From a bacterium (lineage in GTDB: Bacteria; Methylomirabilota; Methylomirabilia; CAVQYV01), in NCBI GenBank assembly GCA_043800755.1, contig JAZDMQ010000138.1, forward strand, positions 1-24,738: a DNA stretch of 24,738 nucleotides. Reading direction: 5' to 3'. Below the pieces are notes generated by a model. It made no database searches. It had not been told where the DNA came from and saw only the letters and a program-made list of their open reading frames with translations. Shown piece by piece: positions 17,352 to 24,738 of this stretch; the stretch's first letter is position 1, and the number at the start of each line of letters is the position of its first letter. The translations under genes were made by a program, and so were the position numbers.

Positions 17352-19224
17352 TACGGTCTCCCGGACTCATCTTGAATTGCAGCGAAGGATACGCCTCTTT
17401 CATATCCTGGTCATCTGCGGATTCCTTCTCTTGCTGCTCCGACTTTGGCAGCTCCAGATTCTGGAGGGCGATCGATATGAGACCCTCTCCAAGAGCAATC
17501 GGCTGCGCCTACATATGGAGGAGGGATGTCGCGGCCTGATCCTGGACCGAAATGGGCGGGTCTTGGCGGAGAACCGGCCATCCTTCGATGTCTTGGTGAC
17601 CCCCGGAGATGTTCGTGATCCGACGGCCCTCTCACGGCTCCTCTCCGAACTCCTCAAGATTGATCCCATGGAGCTCCTTCGGCAGATGGAAGAGGGCAAG
17701 CGCCGTCTCTATGAGCCGATCCTGGTGAAAAGGGATATCAATACGACCGCCATGGTGGCTGTCCAGGAGAGGAAGTATGAATTGGGAGGCGTGACCCTCC
17801 GGGTCCGCCCACTCCGATCTTACCCCAGGGGAGACTTTGCCACCCATCTGTTGGGCTATGTCTCGGAGATCAACCCCGGGCAGCTTTCGCGGGAAGAGAA
17901 CCGCGGTTTTCGTTTTGGAGACCGATTGGGCCAGGGGGGGATCGAGGGAGCCTACGATGCCTTGCTGCGGGGAGTAGAAGGGGGAGAGCAGGTGGAGGTA
18001 GATGCCTCTGGCCGCGAAACGCGAGGCCTGGGCCGGATCGAGCCCAAGCCCGGATTTACCATCATCTTAACCCTCGATGCTCGCATTCAGGCCTTGGCCG
18101 AGGAAAGCCTGCGGGGCCAGAGGGGCGTGGTAGCGGTGATGAATCCCCTGAATGGGGAGATACTGGCCCTGGTGAGCAAGCCCTCCTATGACCCCAACCT
18201 CTTTGCCTCTCGCCTTACCCCGGAGCAATGGTCCCGCCTGGTGGGGAACCCCTACCGCCCCCTGCAAAACCGGGGTCTCCAATCGGTCTATCCTCCCGGC
18301 TCAATCTTCAAGCTGATCACGGCCATTGCTGCCTTAAACAAGGGGGTAATCACCCCAGAGACGCAATTCCGGTGCCAGGGCAGCTTTAGCCTGGGCGATT
18401 ACAGTTACGAATGCTGGAAGAAAGAAGGACATGGGAGCGTCAACCTGAAAGAGGCCATTGCCCAATCGTGCAATGTCTATTTCTACAATGTTGCCTTGCG
18501 GGTGGGCATCGAGGAGATCGCCAAGACCGCGAGGGCCTTCGGGATCGGAGAACCTTTGGGGCTGCGCCTGTGCGAGGAATCCCGCGGCCTCGTGCCCACA
18601 CCCGAATGGAAGCGAGCAGTCAAAAAGGAGAAGTGGTATCTGGGTAATACCGTACAGGCAGGGATTGGGCAGGGCATGATTACTGTAACTCCCCTCCAGA
18701 TCCTCCAGATGACCTCCGCTATTGCCAATGGAGGCCGCCTCTTTCGACCCACGGTGGTTAAGGAGATCAGGGCCCCTGACGGGGAGGTGGTGGAGAGGAA
18801 TGGAGCGGAGGTGATGCGGGAGGTCTCCCTGCGCCCAGAGGTTCTGCCCGCGGTGCGCAAAGGAATGTGGGCGGCAGTCAACGAGGGTGGAACCGGCGGG
18901 GTGGCCCGGATTGAGGGGCTCGATGTCTGTGGGAAGACGGCCACTGCCCAGGTGGTCTCCCGCTCCAAGGATGGGTCCGGGCCGAGGGGCTACAATTTCA
19001 TGGATCACGCCTGGTTTACCTGTTTCGCCCCGGAAACCGACCCCCAGGTTTCCATTGTGGTCCTGGTGGAGCATGGTGGATACGGGGGAGTGACTGCGGC
19101 CCAGGCCGCCAGGCACATATTAGAAGGGATCTTCTCCCCCAGGCCGGGGACCGAGGCAGGATCGGCCGGGGTTTCCTTTACGCTCCCGCCAGGAAACGGG
19201 ACTTGCAGGGGCCATGCTGGATAG
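17338..19224 (+). CDS. mrdA: Penicillin-binding protein 2 (class B transpeptidase)
   Basis: RGLILDRNG, RSYP, GIEGAYD, LTLDARIQ, SxxK (PGSIFK), SxN (SCN), GIGQG and DHAWF. The third motif reads KTA instead of KTG. Confidence 0.95.
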   Translation: MARSDTVSRTHLELQRRIRLFHILVICGFLLLLLRLWQLQILEGDRYETLSKSNRLRLHMEEGCRGLILDRNGRVLAENRPSFDVLVTPGDVRDPTALSRLLSELLKIDPMELLRQMEEGKRRLYEPILVKRDINTTAMVAVQERKYELGGVTLRVRPLRSYPRGDFATHLLGYVSEINPGQLSREENRGFRFGDRLGQGGIEGAYDALLRGVEGGEQVEVDASGRETRGLGRIEPKPGFTIILTLDARIQALAEESLRGQRGVVAVMNPLNGEILALVSKPSYDPNLFASRLTPEQWSRLVGNPYRPLQNRGLQSVYPPGSIFKLITAIAALNKGVITPETQFRCQGSFSLGDYSYECWKKEGHGSVNLKEAIAQSCNVYFYNVALRVGIEEIAKTARAFGIGEPLGLRLCEESRGLVPTPEWKRAVKKEKWYLGNTVQAGIGQGMITVTPLQILQMTSAIANGGRLFRPTVVKEIRAPDGEVVERNGAEVMREVSLRPEVLPAVRKGMWAAVNEGGTGGVARIEGLDVCGKTATAQVVSRSKDGSGPRGYNFMDHAWFTCFAPETDPQVSIVVLVEHGGYGGVTAAQAARHILEGIFSPRPGTEAGSAGVSFTLPPGNGTCRGHAG

Positions 19225-20311
19225 AAGGACCTTTGCCCATTTCGATTGGATCCTTATCGGCTCGGCACTGTTGCTGGCCCTGCTGGGAGTTGCCATGATC
19301 TACAGCACGGAAGGGATGGCCAGCGTGCCGTGGCGGAAGGTCATCCATTTCAAGCAGCTCCTCTGGATCCTGTTTGGGCTTATCGGGCTTCTCGTGACCA
19401 TCAGCATTAACTGGAGGACCATCGTCCGCTTCTCCTACGCCGTCTACGGTTTCTGCCTGGCCTGTCTCCTGCTCGTGGCGGCCATAGGGAGGACGGGGAT
19501 GGGGGCGCAGCGTTGGATCCATCTTGGGCCGGTCACCTTTCAGCCCTCGGAGCTGATGAAGATTGCACTGGTCCTGGCCCTGGCCAAATACCTTGGCGAC
19601 CGGGCAGAGGAGATCAAGAGGCCGAGGCAAATCCTGATCCCCGCCTTGTTGACCCTTCTCCCCGTTTTCCTGGTCTTGCGGCAGCCTGACCTGGGGACCG
19701 CTATCGTGCTCCTCCTTACCGCTCTGGGGATGATCCTGCTCTTTGGCCTTCCCCTGAGGTATTTCCTTTACTCGGGCACCGCGGGCTTTCTCGGGTTCCC
19801 CATCCTGTGGGCCCTACTTCGGGATTACCAAAAACAAAGGGTCCTGGCCTTCTTAGACCCGCAACACGATCCCCTCGGCTCCGGATACCATATCATCCAA
19901 TCGCGGATTGCGGTGGGCTCCGGGAGGCTCCTGGGGAATGGCTGGATGGCCGCAACTCAAAGCCAGCTCAACTTTCTGCCCGAGCACCATACGGATTTCA
20001 TCTTTGCCGTTTCCGCAGAGCAATTGGGATTCTTAGGATGCCTCCTGATCCTGGCCCTCTATCTCTTGATCGTATCCCGGGGCTTCCTGGCCGCCCGTCA
20101 GGCGAGGGATCTATTCTCCGCCCTCTTTGCCAGCGGCATCGTGATCATGATTACCCTTCAGATCATCGTCAATGTGGGAATGGTAATCGGCCTGATGCCG
20201 GTGGTGGGGATTCCCCTCCCCCTGATGAGCTATGGGGGGACCTCCATGTTTACCACGATGATCGCCATTGGCCTGCTGCTGAATATCCGGATGCGGAGAT
20301 ACCTCTTTTGA
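19214..20311 (+). CDS. rodA: Rod shape-determining protein RodA (SEDS glycosyltransferase)
   Basis: GAQRWI, FQPSELMK, QPDLGTA, GYHIIQSRIAVGSG, FLPEHHTDFIF and GIPLPLMSYGG; overlaps the mrdA stop. Confidence 0.96.
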   Translation: MLDRRTFAHFDWILIGSALLLALLGVAMIYSTEGMASVPWRKVIHFKQLLWILFGLIGLLVTISINWRTIVRFSYAVYGFCLACLLLVAAIGRTGMGAQRWIHLGPVTFQPSELMKIALVLALAKYLGDRAEEIKRPRQILIPALLTLLPVFLVLRQPDLGTAIVLLLTALGMILLFGLPLRYFLYSGTAGFLGFPILWALLRDYQKQRVLAFLDPQHDPLGSGYHIIQSRIAVGSGRLLGNGWMAATQSQLNFLPEHHTDFIFAVSAEQLGFLGCLLILALYLLIVSRGFLAARQARDLFSALFASGIVIMITLQIIVNVGMVIGLMPVVGIPLPLMSYGGTSMFTTMIAIGLLLNIRMRRYLF

Positions 20312-20401
20312 GGAAGGATTCCCGCGATAAGCGACTCAGCCAATGATTGGCCATCTTATCCAGGAAGGGTGGGTTGGGTCCCAGATTGGGGCCGATTCAG
20401 C

Positions 20402-22642
20402 ATGGACGAAATCTCTTTGTTAGAACATCTCAATCCCCAGCAGCGAGAAGCGGTGCTTCACGGCCAGGGCCCACTTTTGATCCTGGCAGGCGCGGGATCC
20501 GGAAAGACTCGGGTTATCGCTCATCGCATTGCTTATCTGGTCAGCATCTGCGGAGTAAAGCCCTGGCATATCCTGGCGGTGACCTTCACCAACAAGGCCG
20601 CGGAAGAGATGCGTTCGCGGGTGGGATCTTTGCTCCACGGGGCTCCGCTTTCCCCCTCTTCTGCCTACTCATCCAGGCCAGTCGCTCCTTTCATCGGGAC
20701 CTTCCACTCCACCTGCGTCAGGATCCTGCGCCAGCACGGAGGGCACCTGGGCTATAAGACCCATTTTGCGATTTTCGATGAATCGGACCAATTGGCGCTG
20801 GTGAAGGAGTGCCTGAAGGAGATGGATATCTCCGAGAAGTCGATGAACCCCCATGCGGTGCTCTCCCGGATCAGCCAGGCGAAAAATGAGCTCTATGGCC
20901 CGGAGGAATATGCCCTGCTCGCCCAAGGTCACTGGGCCGAGAAGACCGCCAGGATTTACACCCGCTACCAGGAGAGGCTGACTGCCGCCAACGCCTTGGA
21001 TTTCGACGATCTGCTCATGGCGGTCGTCCGGCTCTTTCAGGGTCATCCCCAGATCTTGGAGTCCTACCAGGATCTGTGGCAACACCTCCTGGTGGATGAG
21101 TACCAGGACACCAACCATGCCCAGTATCGGATCATTGGCCTCCTGGCGGGCAAGCGTCAGAACCTCTGTGTGGTGGGGGATGACGATCAGTCCATCTATC
21201 GCTGGAGGGGCGCGGATATCAGGAATATCCTGGACTTCGAAGAGGGCTACACCAGGTGCAGGGTGATCCGGCTGGAACAGAACTATCGCTCCACCCAGAG
21301 GATCCTGGAGGTTGCCTCCTCGGTGATCTCCAGGAACCTGGGAAGGAAAGGGAAGGCCCTGTGGACGGAAAACAAGGAGGGAGAAGCCCCGGTGTATTAC
21401 GTGGCCGGGGATGAACATGAGGAGGGCGCCTTCATCGCCCGGACGGCCATGGCCCTCGCCCGGGAGCAGGGCTATGGATACAGCGACTTTGCCGTGCTCT
21501 ATCGCACGAATGCCCAATCCCGCGTGATCGAGGAGGAGATGCGACGGCAGGGGTTGCCCTATACCATCATCGGTGGGGTGCGTTTCTACGCCCGGAAGGA
21601 GGTCAAGGACCTCATCGCTTACCTCCGATTCATCCGCAATCCTGGGGATGCCGTGGCCCTGAAGCGGATCATCAACTGCCCGGGCCGGGGGATTGGCCAG
21701 GGCACCCTGGGCAAGATCGAAGATCTGGCCCGGCGAGAGAAGGTCTCTTTGGGGGAGGCCTGTCAAATGGCGGGCCGCAGCGATGACTTCTCTCTCCGTC
21801 ACCGCAAGGTCCTCCAGGGTTTCTGCCAGATGATCGCCGAGCTCAAGACCTCCTCCCACTCCCTGGAGGTCCCGGAGCTTGTCGCCGGGGTATTGGAGCA
21901 GACGGGATACCTGAAGGAATTGGCGGAGGAGGGAACCGAAGAGGCCCAGTCCCGGATAGAGAACCTGCGGGAGCTAGTGCAAGCGAGCCGCGATTTTGCA
22001 GTCGCCTCTGGTGATTCCACCCTGGAGGCCTTCCTGGATAGCGTCGCCCTGATCAGCGATACGGATGCCCTAGGAAGGGAGGAAGGGGCAGTGACCCTGA
22101 TGACCCTCCATTCGGCCAAGGGACTCGAATTTCCCATCGTCTTCATGGCGGGGATGGAGGAGGGGGTCTTCCCCCATTCCAAGTCCTTGTTGGAGGAGGC
22201 GGAGGTCGAGGAGGAGAGGAGGCTCTGCTATGTGGGGATGACCCGGGCCAAGGAGCGCTTATACCTGATCTCAGCCGGATGCCGCCGCCTCTACGGGATG
22301 GAGAACTACAACCTCCCCTCCCGTTTCCTGGAGGAGATTCCAGAGGGCTTGTTGCACAAGGTGGAGCAGGGACAGTCCGGGCCGAGATTGATTCCTTTAC
22401 ACAGCAAAGTGGGCCGGACGGCAAGCTACGAAAGAGATCAGGTGCCCGCCTACGAGGACTTTTCAGATGAGCCCGAATGGGAGTGCCTTCGGCCCGGCCT
22501 TCGGGTGCGGCATCCCCAGTTCGGGGTCGGCACTATCCAGGAGCGGATCGGAGAGGGAGAGGGGATGAAGGTCACGGTCTCTTTTCCTGGAGCCGGGAGA
22601 AAGAGGTTGGCCGTGAAGTATGCGAACCTGGAGCGGGCCTGA
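20402..22642 (+). CDS. pcrA: ATP-dependent DNA helicase PcrA/UvrD (SF1A)
   Basis: [78 protein letters not shown] and the C-terminal Tudor-like [10 protein letters not shown]. The likely start is ATG at 20402. Confidence 0.95.
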   Translation: MDEISLLEHLNPQQREAVLHGQGPLLILAGAGSGKTRVIAHRIAYLVSICGVKPWHILAVTFTNKAAEEMRSRVGSLLHGAPLSPSSAYSSRPVAPFIGTFHSTCVRILRQHGGHLGYKTHFAIFDESDQLALVKECLKEMDISEKSMNPHAVLSRISQAKNELYGPEEYALLAQGHWAEKTARIYTRYQERLTAANALDFDDLLMAVVRLFQGHPQILESYQDLWQHLLVDEYQDTNHAQYRIIGLLAGKRQNLCVVGDDDQSIYRWRGADIRNILDFEEGYTRCRVIRLEQNYRSTQRILEVASSVISRNLGRKGKALWTENKEGEAPVYYVAGDEHEEGAFIARTAMALAREQGYGYSDFAVLYRTNAQSRVIEEEMRRQGLPYTIIGGVRFYARKEVKDLIAYLRFIRNPGDAVALKRIINCPGRGIGQGTLGKIEDLARREKVSLGEACQMAGRSDDFSLRHRKVLQGFCQMIAELKTSSHSLEVPELVAGVLEQTGYLKELAEEGTEEAQSRIENLRELVQASRDFAVASGDSTLEAFLDSVALISDTDALGREEGAVTLMTLHSAKGLEFPIVFMAGMEEGVFPHSKSLLEEAEVEEERRLCYVGMTRAKERLYLISAGCRRLYGMENYNLPSRFLEEIPEGLLHKVEQGQSGPRLIPLHSKVGRTASYERDQVPAYEDFSDEPEWECLRPGLRVRHPQFGVGTIQERIGEGEGMKVTVSFPGAGRKRLAVKYANLERA

Positions 22643-22701
22643 GAGAGGCGAGACCCGATGGAAGAGATGGCTATTGTTGGAGGGGGCTCAGGAGGGAGAG
22701 G

Positions 22702-22989
22702 ATGAAGATTAGCAGGGAAGAGGTGGAGCATGTGGCGAATTTGGCGCGCCTTCGTTTCGATGAAGGAGAGATGGAGAAGTTCACCCACCAGCTCAATGCC
22801 ATCCTGACCTATATCGATAAATTGAACGAGCTGGATACCTCGGGGGTGGAGCCGACCTATCATGTCCTGGATGTGGTCAATGTGTTCCGGGAGGATCAAG
22901 TCCAGCCCTCCCTGCCAAAGGAGATCGCCCTGGGCAATGCCCCGGAGCGGGCCGAGGGCTTTTTCAAGGTCCCCAGGATCATAGAATGA
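22702..22989 (+). CDS. gatC: Asp/Glu-tRNA(Asn/Gln) amidotransferase subunit C
   Basis: [17 protein letters not shown]...[12 protein letters not shown]...FRED...NAPE...FFKVPRII, 95 aa, SD GGAGG. Confidence 0.96.
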   Translation: MKISREEVEHVANLARLRFDEGEMEKFTHQLNAILTYIDKLNELDTSGVEPTYHVLDVVNVFREDQVQPSLPKEIALGNAPERAEGFFKVPRIIE

Positions 22990-23003
22990 ACGGGAGGCGG
23001 GAG

Positions 23004-24464
23004 GTGGAGCTTTATCAGATGACGATCCACGAGTTGCACGGACTCCTCCGCAAGAGAGAGGTTTCCGCAGAGGAGATTGCGCGCTCGGTCTTAGAACGTA
23101 TTGAGGCCGTGGAGGAGAAGGTCAAGGCCTATGTACGGGTTGCCCCGGAAGCGGCACTGGCCCAGGCGAAGGCCGTGGATGGGGAGATCGGTAAAGGCGG
23201 CTCGCTCTCTCCTCTGGCAGGCATCCCCCTAGCGATCAAGGACCTGATGTGCACCCAGGGGATACCGACTACTTGCTCCTCCAGGATTCTCCATAATTTC
23301 ATTCCCCCTTTTGATGCCACGGTCATCCACCGGCTGAGGGAGGAGAGGGTGGCCTTTATTGGAAAGACCAACATGGATGAATTTGCCATGGGCTCCTCCA
23401 CCGAGAATTCCGCCTTCTTCACCACCAAGAACCCCTGGGATCGGGATCGGGTCCCCGGAGGCTCCAGTGGAGGCTCCGCAGCGGCTGTGGCTGCGGGTGA
23501 GGCGATTGCCGCCCTGGGATCGGATACTGGAGGCTCCATCCGCCAGCCGGCTGCCTTCTGCGGGGTAACGGGGATGAAGCCGACCTATGGACGGGTCTCC
23601 CGCTTCGGCCTGGTTGCTTTCGCCTCCTCTTTAGACCAGATCGGCCCCTTTACTAAGGATGCGGAGGACTGCGCCCTCGTGCTGAATGTCATCTGTGGCC
23701 ATGATCCCCAGGATTCGACCTCCGCGGATTTGGCGGTTCCCGACTTCACCAAGTCCTTATGCCCGGAGCTACAAGGATTCCGGCTGGGGATCCCGGCGGA
23801 GTATTTCGTGGAGGGGATGGACCCGGAGGTGGAGGCATCTGTGCGAAGGGCCATCGGAGTGCTAAAGGATCTCGGGGCCATTTGCGAGGAGATCTCGTTA
23901 CCCCATACCGAATATGCGGTGGCCGTCTATTATCTGGTGGCCACGGCCGAGGCCAGCTCGAACCTGGCCCGCTACGATGGGGTCAAGTATGGCTATCGAA
24001 CCAAAAAGCCTGCGGACCTCCTCGAGATGTACAGTCGCACCCGGGCAGAGGGCTTTGGAGCGGAGGTGAAGCGCCGCATCATGTTGGGGACCTATGCCCT
24101 GAGCTCGGGCTACTACGATGCCTACTACCTGAAGGCCCAGAAGGTGAGAACCCTGATCTGCCAGGACTTTGCCAGGGCCTTCGAGAAGTTCGATGCCCTC
24201 ATCACCCCCACCGCCCCCACCCCTGCGTTTCGCATCGGGGAGAAGGTGGACGATCCGTTGCAGATGTATCTTTCCGACATCTTCACCATCCCCTGTAACT
24301 TGGCGGGCCTGCCGGGCATCTCCATCCCCTGCGGCTTCAGCCAGGCGGGATTGCCCATTGGCCTGCAGATCCTCGGAAGGCCTTTCGATGAGGCGAAGGT
24401 CCTGCGCGCGGCCTACGCTTATCAACAGGCGACGGATTGGCATCAACGGAGGCCGATCCTATGA
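23004..24464 (+). CDS. gatA: Asp/Glu-tRNA(Asn/Gln) amidotransferase subunit A
   Basis: Amidase signature [51 protein letters not shown] and [25 protein letters not shown] at 23004 follows GGAGG; ATG at 22986 is an alternative. Confidence 0.97.
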   Translation: MELYQMTIHELHGLLRKREVSAEEIARSVLERIEAVEEKVKAYVRVAPEAALAQAKAVDGEIGKGGSLSPLAGIPLAIKDLMCTQGIPTTCSSRILHNFIPPFDATVIHRLREERVAFIGKTNMDEFAMGSSTENSAFFTTKNPWDRDRVPGGSSGGSAAAVAAGEAIAALGSDTGGSIRQPAAFCGVTGMKPTYGRVSRFGLVAFASSLDQIGPFTKDAEDCALVLNVICGHDPQDSTSADLAVPDFTKSLCPELQGFRLGIPAEYFVEGMDPEVEASVRRAIGVLKDLGAICEEISLPHTEYAVAVYYLVATAEASSNLARYDGVKYGYRTKKPADLLEMYSRTRAEGFGAEVKRRIMLGTYALSSGYYDAYYLKAQKVRTLICQDFARAFEKFDALITPTAPTPAFRIGEKVDDPLQMYLSDIFTIPCNLAGLPGISIPCGFSQAGLPIGLQILGRPFDEAKVLRAAYAYQQATDWHQRRPIL

Positions 24465-24738
24465 TGCTTTACTTCGCCTATGGTCCCAATATGGAAAGGG
24501 CCCAGATGAAGCACCGCTGCAAGGAGAGCCGCTTTCATTCCGCGGCCCTCCTCCGCGATCATCAGTTGATCTTCCCCCGGCGCTCCGACCTCTGGGGAGG
24601 AGGCGTTGTTGGCCTCAAGCCTGCCCCAGGCAAGGTGGTGGAGGGGGTCCTCCATGAGGTGAGCGAGGTGGACCAGAAGCTCCTGGATCAGGTGGAGGAC
24701 CATCCCCGCTCCTCCCTTCGCAAGCCAGTCACGGTGGA
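24461..24738 (+). CDS. Gamma-glutamylcyclotransferase (GGCT/AIG2-like) family protein, 3'-truncated by the window
   Basis: My translation: [20 protein letters not shown]...LRDHQLIF...VVEGVLHEV...LLDQVEDHP...RKPVTV. This matches the family pattern YFAYGSN, V.GVLY and LD..EG.P. The start overlaps the gatA stop (ATGA) and has a GGAGG SD. Confidence 0.8.
   Translation, partial: MMLYFAYGPNMERAQMKHRCKESRFHSAALLRDHQLIFPRRSDLWGGGVVGLKPAPGKVVEGVLHEVSEVDQKLLDQVEDHPRSSLRKPVTV

Noticed and set aside
20319..20366. Imperfect hairpin (GATAAG/CTTATC around GCCAA-TGA-TTGGC) between rodA and pcrA
   Set aside because: It has no U-tract or recognisable operator consensus, so it is too weak to call.

Overview
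GC-rich bacterial chromosome segment with no CRISPR array, transposase or integrase. The left half is accessory/metabolic: rmuC (5'-truncated), a membrane GGEEF diguanylate cyclase, a 3-hydroxyacyl-CoA dehydrogenase, a ydhY-ydhV-ydhW aldehyde:ferredoxin-oxidoreductase-type cluster, and a frameshifted old-yellow-enzyme gene behind a promoter/terminator-bounded leader. On the minus strand follow a stand-alone exosortase paired with a tiny 78-aa PEP-CTERM precursor, tRNA-Leu(CAA) and a 904-aa multidomain lipoprotein. The right half is housekeeping: tRNA-Ala(GGC), a SurA/PpiD-like chaperone, mreB-mreC-mreD-mrdA-rodA, pcrA/uvrD, gatC-gatA, and a gamma-glutamylcyclotransferase-like gene (absent from the ORF track) running off the 3' end. 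Most notable are the exosortase plus micro-PEP-CTERM pair (about 22 His-rich residues of cargo), a Tat-signalled YdhY with a C-terminal CxxCH, a candidate ~145-nt RNA/attenuator, a KTG->KTA change in PBP2, and repeated lack of the -7 T in promoter candidates. All family calls come from motif recognition by eye; no searches were run.
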